Below are positions 9,757 through 18,152 of a stretch of 32,000 nucleotides of DNA, piece after piece. The stretch comes from Cupriavidus necator (lineage in GTDB: Bacteria > Pseudomonadota > Gammaproteobacteria > Burkholderiales > Burkholderiaceae). Within the stretch, counting starts at the first letter, position 1. Every line of letters begins with the position of its first letter. The stretch is from the NCBI RefSeq assembly GCF_016127575.1, contig NZ_CP066019.1, positions 540,001-572,000 of the forward strand. Direction: 5' to 3'. The notes under the pieces were generated by a model. The model saw only the letters and a list, made by a program, of their open reading frames with translations, ran no database searches and was not told the origin of the DNA. A program made the position numbers and the translations under genes.

Positions 9757-10722
9757 ATGACCGCCCTGCCTATCTCCTTCGACGACGTCGCCGCCGCACA
9801 CGAACGCATCCGCGCGGCGGCTCACCGCACCCCGGTGCTGACCTCCGCCACCGCGAACGTGGCCACCGGCGCGCAGCTGTTCTTCAAGGCCGAGAACTTC
9901 CAGCGCATCGGCGCCTTCAAGTTCCGCGGCGCCTACAACGCCATCGCCCAGTTCACGCCGCAGCAGAAGGCGGGCGGCGTGCTGGCGTTCTCTTCCGGCA
10001 ACCATGCGCAGGCGATCGCGCTGTCGGCCCGGTTGCTGGGCGTGCAGGCGGTGATCGTGATGCCGCAGGACGCCCCCGCGATCAAGATCGAAGCCACGCG
10101 CGGCTATGGCGCCGAAGTGGTGCTGTACGACCGCTACCAGGACGATCGCGAAGCGCTGGGCCGGCGCATCGCCGCCGAGCGCGGCATGACGCTGATCCCG
10201 CCGTATGACCATCCGCACGTGATGGCGGGGCAGGGCACGGCGGCCAAGGAGCTGTTCGAGGAAACCGGGCCGCTGGACATGCTGGTGGTGTGCCTCGGCG
10301 GTGGCGGGCTGCTGTCGGGCTGCGCGGTGGCGGCCCGGGCGATGTCGCCCGGCTGTGCCGTGTACGGCGTCGAACCCGAGGCCGGCAACGATGGCCAGCG
10401 CAGCCTGCGCAGCGGCGAGATCGTCCGCATCGACACCCCGCGCACCATTGCCGACGGCGCGCAGACGCCGTTCCTGGGCAACCACACCTTTGCCGTGATC
10501 CGCGAGCTGGTGACGGACATCGTCACGGTGTCGGATGCGGAACTGGTCGACACCATGAAGTTCTTCGCCGGGCGCATGAAGATCGTGGCTGAGCCCACCG
10601 GCTGCCTGGCCGCCGCCGCGGTGCTGCACGGCAAGCTGGATGTGAAGGGCAAGCGCGTGGGGATCATCATCTCGGGCGGTAATGTCGACCTGGGCGCCTT
10701 CGGCAGCTTCCTGCTGGGCTGA
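9757..10722 (+). CDS. PLP-dependent serine/threonine dehydratase family protein (serine racemase / threo-3-hydroxyaspartate ammonia-lyase-like)
   Basis: FKAENFQRIGAFKFRGAYNAI (PLP lysine motif), SSGNHAQA and GGGGLLSG glycine loop. About 320 aa, with no regulatory ACT domain. Confidence 0.85.
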   Translation: MTALPISFDDVAAAHERIRAAAHRTPVLTSATANVATGAQLFFKAENFQRIGAFKFRGAYNAIAQFTPQQKAGGVLAFSSGNHAQAIALSARLLGVQAVIVMPQDAPAIKIEATRGYGAEVVLYDRYQDDREALGRRIAAERGMTLIPPYDHPHVMAGQGTAAKELFEETGPLDMLVVCLGGGGLLSGCAVAARAMSPGCAVYGVEPEAGNDGQRSLRSGEIVRIDTPRTIADGAQTPFLGNHTFAVIRELVTDIVTVSDAELVDTMKFFAGRMKIVAEPTGCLAAAAVLHGKLDVKGKRVGIIISGGNVDLGAFGSFLLG

Positions 10723-10797
10723 GTCGGGCGGCAGGGAATCCTGGACTGGCCCTGGCCGTCTAACCTGCAATCCGCGACGACAAAGCCAGGGGCGGCC

Positions 10798-12027
<1,230 letters not shown>

Positions 12028-12053
12028 ACGGCGGTTGCCCTCGCCGCCGAGCG

Positions 12054-12099
12054 GCCTCTGGCAGGGGCATCCGGCACTGAATCCGCCCTGCGCAGAGGC
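12054..12099. terminator. Long imperfect stem-loop between the convergent rtcB and lipoprotein genes (possible bidirectional terminator; no U-tract)
   Basis: GCCTCTGGCAGGG (12054-12066) pairs with CCCTGC-g-CAGAGGC (12086-12099): 13 bp with one bulge and a 19-nt loop. Confidence 0.3.
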
Positions 12100-12117
12100 A
12101 TTGCAGCCGGGGCCACT

Positions 12118-12843
12118 CTACTGGAAGATCAGCGTGCTCACCGGTTGTCCGTTTGCACCGAAGAAAGTGAACTTGGACGAGACAAAGCTGATGTTTCCGC
12201 TGGTGTCGATCCGGAACGTGGTTTCCTCCTCTCCGACCCGGGCATTGTTGTTATCGAACTCTGTGTTGAGGAATGTCACGAGGAGCGTGGTCCCAGAATC
12301 GGGTGCCACGGAAAAGGACTGGGTGAGCGAGCCCAGTTTCGCGGCTTGCGTGTTGTCCGAGAAAATCGTGGCGGTTGCCAGCGGGCCGGAGTCGCCAGCC
12401 TTTACAGTTGCCGGGAATGTGTAGTCGGCGAAAGCCGCATAACCATCCGCCCCCTGGTCGATAGCGACCACGGCAAAGGTTGCCGAGTTTCTGAAGATAA
12501 ACCTGGCGCCCGAAAACGGCTCCGAGTTTCCGTTCGTGATGACTGTGCCTGTGACGGTTTCGGTGGTCTTCAGGACAACGGCGCTGTTCAGCGTGGCGGA
12601 ATCGGCTGGCGCCGCGTTGAGCGTTCCTGAGCCTGAAACTGGCTTATTCTCGACTGAACCGGAGATGGAAAAATTCGCGGTTATGCCGTTGGCCGCCAGC
12701 GCCGCCATGGCGGTGGTGAGCGGCACTGTCAGAGTTTGCGCCGGCGGACTCGCTGCCTCGCTGCTGCCGCCGTCATCTCCGCCGCCGCCACAGCTGCCAA
12801 GTAAGAACGAAAATGCGAACAAAAATAAGAATCTCTTGGGCAT
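12118..12843 (-). CDS. Orphan lipoprotein of unknown function (beta-strand-rich, S/T/G/N/A-rich) in a low-GC islet
   Basis: MPKRFLFLFAFSFLLGSC has a signal peptide and lipobox, followed by a GGGGDDGGS linker. AGGAG lies 6 nt upstream of the ATG. G+C is visibly lower than the flanks. I recognise no family. Confidence 0.7.
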   Translation of the reverse strand: MPKRFLFLFAFSFLLGSCGGGGDDGGSSEAASPPAQTLTVPLTTAMAALAANGITANFSISGSVENKPVSGSGTLNAAPADSATLNSAVVLKTTETVTGTVITNGNSEPFSGARFIFRNSATFAVVAIDQGADGYAAFADYTFPATVKAGDSGPLATATIFSDNTQAAKLGSLTQSFSVAPDSGTTLLVTFLNTEFDNNNARVGEEETTFRIDTSGNISFVSSKFTFFGANGQPVSTLIFQ

Positions 12844-13353
12844 CGCCGGCTCCTGACGGAAGTGCCCCGGATTCGAAATCTTTGTAAGGCGCGCCGCGGC
12901 AGGAAAGGAAGGCTCTGGCGTAAATCGCAGGCTTCTCGTTCCTGCCGATCCTCAAAATGCCAGGCTGCCGGGAAGGCTTGGCTTACGATGGCGTCGCGAA
13001 AATTCTCGCGCAACAAATATGCCATCCATGCCATCGCGTTTGATTCTTCTACGTTTTTTCAAGCGTGTATATTCGGCAAACATGCGAAACAACAAGATCG
13101 GTTCCGTTTTTGATACGCGCCGTCATCGGCGCCCCATCGCTGCAGGTGAACCTTGATGATGTCGGCGACGGTCGGATTCTGATCCGGCCTGATGGCCAGT
13201 TGGCATGCGCCCCCCCGGTGCCACCGGATTGTCGCGGCCATCCCGCAGGCACGAACGCGCTCTCACGGGGCTGGCTTGCGCCCGCGTGGCAACGATGTAC
13301 TACGGGAAGTCGGGGGATCCGTCTGCTGTGGCCTGGCCGGTGCCCCAGCCGGG

Positions 13354-14346
13354 TCAGTCGACGAGCAGATTTATCTTCGTCGTGAATTTCTGCCAGCGAT
13401 CGATGTCGGCGCTCACCAGCTTCTGGAATTCAGCGGGCGTGCTTGTCGTCGTGGCAAAGCCGAGCTGCGTCAGCGATGCCTTGACCTCGGGCCTGGCGAT
13501 GGCCCTGGCGATTTCCGTGTTGAGCCTTTGCACGATCTCGGGCGGCGTATTTGCGGGGGCGAGGATGCCGAACCACTGGTCGACGTCATAGCCGGCCACG
13601 CCAAGCTCGCTCACGGTGGGTACGTCGGGCAGGAACGGCGAGCGTGCCTTCGACGTGACGGCCAGCGCGCGCAGCTTGTTGCTTTTCAGGTAGGGGATGG
13701 TGTTGGTCAGCGTGTTGACGCTGACATCGGCCTGGTTGCCGAGCACGTCGGCGATGGCGGGGGCGCAACCCTTGTACGGCACGTGCAGCATGTCCATCCT
13801 TGCCGAGACCTTGAGCAGTTCGCCGGCCAGATGCTGCGGGGTGCCGTTGCCGCACGACGCATAGCTGGGGGGTGATGGGCTCTTGCCCGCCGCCAGCAGG
13901 TCGCTGAAGGTGCGGAGTTTCGAGTGCGATGGCACGGCGATCACCGATGGCACCGAAGCGAAGGTGATGACGGCGCTGAAATCGGACTTGGGATTGAACT
14001 GCAGCTTCTTGAAGACGCTCGGGTTGATGGCAAAGCTGCTGTTGACAATGAGCAGCGTATAGCCGTCGGCAGGACTCTTGGCGACGAACTCGGCGCCAAT
14101 ATTGCCGCTGGCGCCGGGCCGGTTGTCGATCACCACCGGCTGCCCCAGCGACTTGCTGATGTCGGCCCCGATCAGGCGCGCGAGAGAATCGGTCCCCCCT
14201 CCGGCCGGGAACGTCACCACCATGCGGATCGGCTTTTGCGGGAAGGTACTGGCGATATTGGCTTCGGCGCGCCCGGGCAGGGTGCCCAGGCTGCCTGCGA
14301 CAAACAGGAGCGATGCCAGACTGCTGACGACGGATAGGGGTCTCAT
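13354..14346 (-). CDS. Bug-family (TctC-like) periplasmic solute-binding protein of a tripartite tricarboxylate transporter
   Basis: Signal peptide, then KPIRMVVTFPAGGGTDSLARL...VIDNRPGASGNIGAEFVAKSPADGYTLL, the Bug/TctC signature. GAGG lies 7 nt upstream of the ATG. The gene starts 43 nt downstream of the fusion gene on the same strand. Confidence 0.9.
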   Translation of the reverse strand: MRPLSVVSSLASLLFVAGSLGTLPGRAEANIASTFPQKPIRMVVTFPAGGGTDSLARLIGADISKSLGQPVVIDNRPGASGNIGAEFVAKSPADGYTLLIVNSSFAINPSVFKKLQFNPKSDFSAVITFASVPSVIAVPSHSKLRTFSDLLAAGKSPSPPSYASCGNGTPQHLAGELLKVSARMDMLHVPYKGCAPAIADVLGNQADVSVNTLTNTIPYLKSNKLRALAVTSKARSPFLPDVPTVSELGVAGYDVDQWFGILAPANTPPEIVQRLNTEIARAIARPEVKASLTQLGFATTTSTPAEFQKLVSADIDRWQKFTTKINLLVD

Positions 14347-14389
14347 TGATATGCCTCGTCGGTTAGGGTGAAGGAAGCGGGAAAGCCGG

Positions 14390-16195
14390 TCAATCGGGGT
14401 CTATACGCACCGCCTGGCAGCACTCGCCGCCGGCGCGCACCAGTGCTGCAGCCGCCTCTAGCGCTTCAGCGGAGTCCGAGTGGATACGGTAGAGCGGTTG
14501 CCCTGGCGCCACCTTTGCACCGATCGCGCACAGCATGTCGACCCCGGCACCGCCATCGCGCGGCGCGCCGGCGGCGCGCGCCACGCCGGAAATCTGCAGG
14601 CCATCGACGCCCGCCACCCGGCCCCGCGTGGTGGCGGGAACGACCAGCGTATGCGTACCCGGCGCCACTGGATCGCAGCGGACGCCCTGCGCGGCGGCGA
14701 TGCGATCGAACGCGGCCCTGGCCTTGCCTTCATGCAGCAGCGCCGCCGCAATTTGCATGCCGTGTTCGGGGGAGTCCACGCGGGGATCGAATGCGATGAT
14801 TTCGCCGGCAAAGCGCAGGGCCTTGTCGCGCAGGTCGGCGGGCGCATCGGGAGCGTTGTCGAGCACGAGTCGGACGTCGCGCACTTCCAGTGCGGGGCCG
14901 ATGCCGCGGCCGATCGGGCCGCTGCCGTCCGTGACCAGTGCGCGTACGTGCAGGCCCAGTCCCTTGCCGACGTGTTCGAACAGCGCGCCCAGCGCCTCGG
15001 CGTCGGCGCGTGTTGCCAGCTTGGTTTGCGGCCCGTAGGGCAGGTCGACAATGACGTGGGTGGCGCCGGCGGTGTACTTTTTCGACAGGATCGACGCCAC
15101 CGACCAGCGCCGCGAATCGAGCCGCAGCGGTCGCGTGATGGCGTTCATCACATCGTCGACCACGGAATGGTTCAGCCGTCCGTTCCAGGCGATGCAGGCG
15201 CGTGCCTGGGCCACGCATCGGCGCACGTCTTCATGCGCCAGGTCGACCCGTGCGATGGTCTCCATGGCATCGGCGGTGCCGGCGGCAGAGGTGATCGCGC
15301 GTGACGATGTCTTGGGCATCGCCAGCCCGTAGGCCGCGACGATCGGCACCACGATCAGCGTGATGCGGCTGCCGGGAACGCCGCCCATCGAATGCTTGTC
15401 GACGACTACCGGTTCGTCCCAGTCGATGCGGGGTGTGAAGGCGGTACGCGCGCGCGCCAGAGCCACCACTTCCTCGTCCGTGAGCGTGCGGGTTGCGGCA
15501 ACCAGGAACTCGGTCAGCTCGGCCTCGGTGTAGCGCCCGGCGATGGCGTCCTGCAGCACGGCAACGTAGGCCGCTTCGTCGAGCGGCTCGCCGCGCAGCT
15601 TGGCCATAAGGTTGGTGCGGCTGGCCGGCCGTTCGGCGGCGGATGTCCTGGTGCCGGTGCGCAAGGCTTCGACAAAGCGTGCCGTGCCTGCTTCCAGCGT
15701 GCTGTGGTTCGACACCGTGATACACGGGACGTGTGGCGGCACCGGAGCTCCCGCGCGTGCCACGCGGCTGGCAACCTGGTCGCCCGATTCCCGCCCGCGT
15801 GCGGCAATGCGCCGGGCAAGCACGTCATGCGGTGCCGTTACCAGGACCACCACGAAACGGGGCAAGCGCGCCGCGAGTTCCGCGATGACGCCGCGCGAGC
15901 CATTGGCCACGACGTTGCGGCCGCGTTCGAGCTCGCACATCAGGGACTTGGGCAATCCGTAGCGCAGGTCGTGCGCGTCCCAGGTCACCAGGAACTCTCC
16001 GCTTCGCTGGCGCCGCGCGAACTCGGCCTCCGTGACACCTTCGTGCTCTTCGCCAGCAGACCCGTCGGGACGCGTGATGACGCGCCGCGCAAAAACGTAG
16101 TCGCCGTCGAGCGCGGCACGTGCACCGTCGATCAGGGAGTCCTTGCCAGCGCCACTGGGCCCCACAACAAAGAAGAATGTGCCGGTCGCCTTCAT
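14390..16195 (-). CDS. Bifunctional fusion: N-terminal ribose-1,5-bisphosphate phosphokinase (PhnN-like, ~aa 1-185) plus C-terminal family-2 thymidine phosphorylase / AMP phosphorylase-like domain (~aa 195-601)
   Basis: The N-terminus has the [11 protein letters not shown]-loop, RRVITRP..AG.EH and NGSR, as in E. coli PhnN. The C-terminus has [13 protein letters not shown] and [19 protein letters not shown], which match the AMP-phosphorylase-like family rather than DeoA (DKHSTGGVGD / GHTGGTLD). It is a single uninterrupted ORF. Confidence 0.85.
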   Translation of the reverse strand: MKATGTFFFVVGPSGAGKDSLIDGARAALDGDYVFARRVITRPDGSAGEEHEGVTEAEFARRQRSGEFLVTWDAHDLRYGLPKSLMCELERGRNVVANGSRGVIAELAARLPRFVVVLVTAPHDVLARRIAARGRESGDQVASRVARAGAPVPPHVPCITVSNHSTLEAGTARFVEALRTGTRTSAAERPASRTNLMAKLRGEPLDEAAYVAVLQDAIAGRYTEAELTEFLVAATRTLTDEEVVALARARTAFTPRIDWDEPVVVDKHSMGGVPGSRITLIVVPIVAAYGLAMPKTSSRAITSAAGTADAMETIARVDLAHEDVRRCVAQARACIAWNGRLNHSVVDDVMNAITRPLRLDSRRWSVASILSKKYTAGATHVIVDLPYGPQTKLATRADAEALGALFEHVGKGLGLHVRALVTDGSGPIGRGIGPALEVRDVRLVLDNAPDAPADLRDKALRFAGEIIAFDPRVDSPEHGMQIAAALLHEGKARAAFDRIAAAQGVRCDPVAPGTHTLVVPATTRGRVAGVDGLQISGVARAAGAPRDGGAGVDMLCAIGAKVAPGQPLYRIHSDSAEALEAAAALVRAGGECCQAVRIDPD

Positions 16196-16200
16196 GAGTA

Positions 16201-16279
16201 TTACCTTAGATGTCGAAGTTATGTGGCTATGCTAGCACCGGCCAGGGGGGTGTCAAGATAAGTTCGATGTCTAAGGTAA
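16201..16279 (-). promoter_or_regulatory. Promoter/operator module of the phnN-fusion gene: sigma70-like -35 TTGACA and -10 TAGCAT (minus strand) bracketed by inverted operator arms TTACCTTAGAtgTCGAA / TTCGAtgTCTAAGGTAA
   Basis: Plus-strand TGTCAA at 16252-16257 and ATGCTA at 16229-16234, with a 17-nt spacer. Arms at 16201-16217 and 16263-16279 match 15 of 17. The same architecture recurs at 18066-18141. Confidence 0.65.
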
Positions 16280-16549
16280 TGCAAACAACGGGCCAGCGCC
16301 CGCAAATCCAGTGTGTACGCGGGATTCGCGGACTTGTAGGGGAAAACACGGGGATACGGGTGCGCAGTGACGGTGCCTCATGCATGGGTTGCGGGCATCG
16401 TGCACTGATGGAGTGAACGCTACATGGAGAGGCATGGCCGATGAAGCGGTGATGTCGGCGTGCGAGCGCCGGAGGCGCTATCATGTGCGCTGTCGCTGGC
16501 ACCGGGCCGTCCGCTGCCGCATGCATACGCTCTACTTTCCCTCACGACT

Positions 16550-17095
16550 ATGGCCACAAAGAAACCGGATGCTCCGGTCCCGATCACGCCTGCGGATGAA
16601 GCCGATGAAGAACGGCTTGCCCACCTGGTGAAGGATGCCGCCCGGGCCTACATCCGGGCGCTGCAGCTGCGGCTGGCGGAACATTCGGTTTCGTATGGCC
16701 ACTGGACCATCCTGCGTATCCTGTGGCGCCATGACGGCGTGTCGCAGCGAGAGCTGAGCGAACGCGCCGGGGTGACCGAGCCGACGACGTTTGCGGCAGT
16801 CAAGGCGCTGGAGGCGCTGGGCTACGTGGAACGCACGCATCTTCCTGGCAACAGGAAGAAGGTGCATGTGTTCCTGAGCAAGACCGGACGCGGGCTGCGC
16901 CGCAAGCTTGAACCGCTGGCGACCGAGGTGAATGAACTCAGCGTGGCAGGGCTGAGCGAAGAAGACGTGCTGACCACGCGCCGCGTGCTGATCACGATTG
17001 CGAAGCGGCTGGTCGCCGACGAAGCCGCGTCGGCGGAACATGGCCGGCGGGTCCCGTCCACCCAGGAGGTAGGGCGCCTGCTCTCGGACCTGTAG
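16550..17095 (+). CDS. MarR-family transcriptional regulator
   Basis: Winged-helix core HWTILRILWRHDGVSQRELSERAGVTEPTTFAAVKALEALGYVERTHLPGNRKKVHVFLSKTGR. Start chosen at MATKK (16550). The RBS is weak and 16460 is an alternative start. Confidence 0.85.
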   Translation: MATKKPDAPVPITPADEADEERLAHLVKDAARAYIRALQLRLAEHSVSYGHWTILRILWRHDGVSQRELSERAGVTEPTTFAAVKALEALGYVERTHLPGNRKKVHVFLSKTGRGLRRKLEPLATEVNELSVAGLSEEDVLTTRRVLITIAKRLVADEAASAEHGRRVPSTQEVGRLLSDL

Positions 17096-17195
17096 ACGAC
17101 CCGCAACGGAAAAGACCCTCGCCGGGCGAGACGGCAAGGGTGAATGCCTTGGGTAGAAGGCGTGAATCGGTCAGGGGGCCTGAGCCCCGCGGGTG

Positions 17196-18029
17196 TCAGG
17201 CTTCGTCGAGCCCGATGTCCACGGCAGGGGCCGACTGGGTGATCTTGCTCGTGGAGATGTAGTCCACGCCCGTTTCCGCCACGGCCCGGATCGTTTCCAG
17301 GCGGATGCCGCCTGACGCCTCGACTTTGGTCCGGCCATTGACGATCTGCACGGCTTCCTTCATGTCGGGCACCGACATGTTGTCCAGCATGATCACGTCG
17401 ACACCGGTTGCCAGTGCTTCGTGCACCTGTTCCAGCCGGTCGCATTCCACTTCCAGCTTGGTCAGCACGGGCAGCTTGCGGCGCACGCGTGCCACGGCGG
17501 CAGCGATGCTGCCGCACACGGCGATGTGGTTGTCCTTGATCATCACGCCGTTGTCCAGGCTCAGCCGGTGGTTCAGGCCGCCGCCGCAGGTCACCGCATG
17601 CTTTTCCAGCGCGCGCAGGCCCGGCGTGGTCTTGCGGCTGTCGATCAGGCGCGCCTTGGTATGGGCAATGGCCTGGGCATAGGTTGCCGTATGGTTGGCG
17701 ATGCCGCACAGACGCTGCATGATGTTCAGCGCGGTGCGCTCGGCCGTCAGGACGCTGCGTGCATTGCCGCTCACGTTAAGCAGCACCGCGCCTTTTTCAA
17801 CCTTGTCGCCGTCGGCGACGCGCACATCGACCGACAGCGTCGGATCGTAGCGCGCGAAGATGCGTGCCGCCACGTCGATGCCGGCGATAAGCATCGGCTC
17901 GCGGGCGTTCATGCAGAAGGTGCCGGTCTCTCCCGGTTCAATCATGGTCTGGACGGTCAAGTCGCAGATGCCGATGTCTTCGGTCAGCCAGAGGTCGATC
18001 AGCTTGTCGGTGGCGAAAATGTCGTACAT
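17196..18029 (-). CDS. Nicotinate-nucleotide pyrophosphorylase (carboxylating) / quinolinate phosphoribosyltransferase family protein (NadC paralog; ModD-like not excluded)
   Basis: LTEDIG.CDLT, TAERTALNIMQRLCGIA, SRKTTPGLRALEKHAVTCGGGLNHRLSLDNGVMIKDNH, EVEC, IMLDNM and EASGGI are type II PRTase motifs. CAGGAG lies 7 nt upstream of the ATG. Confidence 0.85.
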   Translation of the reverse strand: MYDIFATDKLIDLWLTEDIGICDLTVQTMIEPGETGTFCMNAREPMLIAGIDVAARIFARYDPTLSVDVRVADGDKVEKGAVLLNVSGNARSVLTAERTALNIMQRLCGIANHTATYAQAIAHTKARLIDSRKTTPGLRALEKHAVTCGGGLNHRLSLDNGVMIKDNHIAVCGSIAAAVARVRRKLPVLTKLEVECDRLEQVHEALATGVDVIMLDNMSVPDMKEAVQIVNGRTKVEASGGIRLETIRAVAETGVDYISTSKITQSAPAVDIGLDEA

Positions 18030-18065
18030 GAAGGGCTCCTGAACGGTGGTTGCGGTACCTCATAA

Positions 18066-18141
18066 ATCTTAGAGATCGAAGTACATGGCGCAATACTAGC
18101 CCTTTCAGGCGCCATGTCAAGTAATATTCGAGATCTAAGAT
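18066..18141 (-). promoter_or_regulatory. Second copy of the promoter/operator module, upstream of the nadC paralog: -35 TTGACA, -10 TAGTAT, flanking arms ATCTTAGAgaTCGAA / TTCGAgaTCTAAGAT
   Basis: Plus-strand TGTCAA at 18115-18120 and ATACTA at 18093-18098, with a 16-nt spacer. Arms at 18066-18080 and 18127-18141. It aligns base-for-base with 16205-16275 over about 72 nt. Confidence 0.65.
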
Positions 18142-18152
18142 AAAGCGCAAAC

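Noticed and set aside
10742-10757. Possible sigma54 -24/-12 element (TGGACTGGCCCTGGCC) upstream of rtcB, by analogy with E. coli rtcBA
   Set aside because: Only the GG-N10-GC skeleton matches; the flanking consensus bases (TGGCAC, TTGCW) do not. No RtcR-type enhancer-binding protein gene is nearby.
12862-13385. ORFs 12862..13113(+), 13065..13385(+), 13049..13252(-) and 13059..13241(-) in the low-GC spacer
   Set aside because: The translations are K/R/C/W-rich with no motifs or RBS, and the ORFs overlap one another. I could not support any as a gene or as a recognisable gene remnant. BLASTX would be the decisive test.
16201-16279. Reading the ~72-nt conserved inverted-repeat blocks (here and at 18066-18141) as a riboswitch or structured 5'-UTR RNA
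   Set aside because: A well-spaced TTGACA / TAGCAT (or TAGTAT) promoter lies inside both blocks, so the distal arm would not be transcribed from it. The loop region conserves the promoter hexamers rather than base-pairing (the nested stem is 9 bp in one copy but only 4 bp in the other). DNA operators flanking a promoter fit better. TSS mapping would settle it.
17118-17186. Small hairpins between the convergent marR and nadC-paralog genes: CTCGCC-G-GGCGAG at 17118-17130 and GGGGC-ctga-GCCCC near 17172-17186
   Set aside because: The stems are only 5-6 bp with minimal loops and no U-tracts. They are too weak to call terminators with any confidence.
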